Shown here: positions 63,457-64,000 of the stretch, piece after piece
Layout of the letters: the number at the start of each line of letters is the position of its first letter
Position numbering within the stretch: the stretch's first letter is position 1
NCBI GenBank assembly: GCA_051599415.1
Contig: AP039694.1
Coordinates: 496,001 to 560,000 of the forward strand
Source: Savitreella phatthalungensis
Taxonomy: Eukaryota
Direction: 5' to 3'
DNA: 64,000 bases
The notes under the pieces: model-generated
What the model was told of the DNA's origin: nothing
Seen by the model: the letters and a program-made list of their open reading frames with translations, nothing else
The model's database searches: none
Position numbers and translations under genes: made by a program

Positions 63457-64000
63457 CTACTTACGCACGGTCGACCAGCCTTCTTCTGCTTCTGCTTCTG
63501 CGTCTGCCTGTTGAGCAGCCGCCTGTGCCGCTGCACGGGTCGCAGACTCGGTCTGACCGGCTGTTTGGGAAGCACCGTCTTCAGCCAAGGTCGACTGCTC
63601 CCCGTCCTCGTCGATCGACAGATCAGCTGTCCCCTTGAGTACATCGAAGGGCTTGTCCGTTCGTGAATCGAATCGCTTTGTCTTGGAGTCTGATGCGGTC
63701 TCGCGAGCTTGCGTCGACGACTGGCGAACGTCCCGCGTTGACTCGGAGCGGCGCGATTGCTGCTGAGATTCACGTCGGGCAGCGGCAGCCTCTTCCCGTT
63801 CTTTCTGAGCCTGCAGTCGCTTTTCCTCTGCACGCTGCTCAGCGGCCGTTGTGTCGACGGCGCGAGCAGCACCAAACGGCGATGCCTTGCTGGAGGCCAC
63901 AGGGGAAGCGGCAGCAGCACCTGAGGGCGTATTCGAGCCGTCAGTCGAGTTCGTGCGAGGTGCGAGCTGCAGCTTCTTGCGTTCAGCAGGAGCAGGTGCC
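63457..64000 (-). CDS. TIF3: Translation initiation factor eIF4B, C-terminal part (5'-truncated by the window edge)
   Basis: Frame open from 63999: ERKKLQLAPRT...SKASPFGAARAVDT...EGWSTV, typical of fungal eIF4B C-termini. The RRM is not in the window and the exact 3' end is uncertain. Confidence 0.75.
   Translation of the reverse strand, partial: APAPAERKKLQLAPRTNSTDGSNTPSGAAAASPVASSKASPFGAARAVDTTAAEQRAEEKRLQAQKEREEAAAARRESQQQSRRSESTRDVRQSSTQARETASDSKTKRFDSRTDKPFDVLKGTADLSIDEDGEQSTLAEDGASQTAGQTESATRAAAQAAAQQADAEAEAEEGWSTVRK

Noticed and set aside
63192..63920. 242-aa ORF overlapping eIF4B, and a GTAAGT donor at 63464 overlapping the eIF4B end
   Set aside because: The ORF is an off-frame shadow. 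I found no convincing downstream exon for the donor, so this is left unresolved.

Overview
Gene-dense, intron-poor fungal nuclear DNA with about 34 protein-coding genes. The SPT5 TPAW repeats, short GT..CTRAY..AG introns and a HomolD-like box suggest an ascomycete, probably a Taphrinomycotina-like yeast (inference). Most genes are housekeeping: SERINC/TMS1, RING E3, YRB1, RNR2, HNT3, siderophore transporter, RRP5, AFG1, IMP2, VPS52, eIF5A, DPH2, DCAF7, MPDU1, JIP5, PIG-S, SDH5, PLB, SPT5, MZM1 and eIF4B. The most notable observations are (1) an uninterrupted in-frame fusion of a serine racemase/dehydratase with uroporphyrinogen-III synthase (HEM4), (2) an aprataxin whose zinc-finger ligands appear replaced, (3) a tandem pair of highly divergent subtilisins, (4) a long, structured 5'UTR intron in eIF5A with C/D-box-like motifs, and (5) a 3-exon hydrophilin-like gene that the ORF track misses. 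I recognised no transposon, rRNA, tRNA or CRISPR array. All family calls come from motif recognition by eye; no database searches were run.
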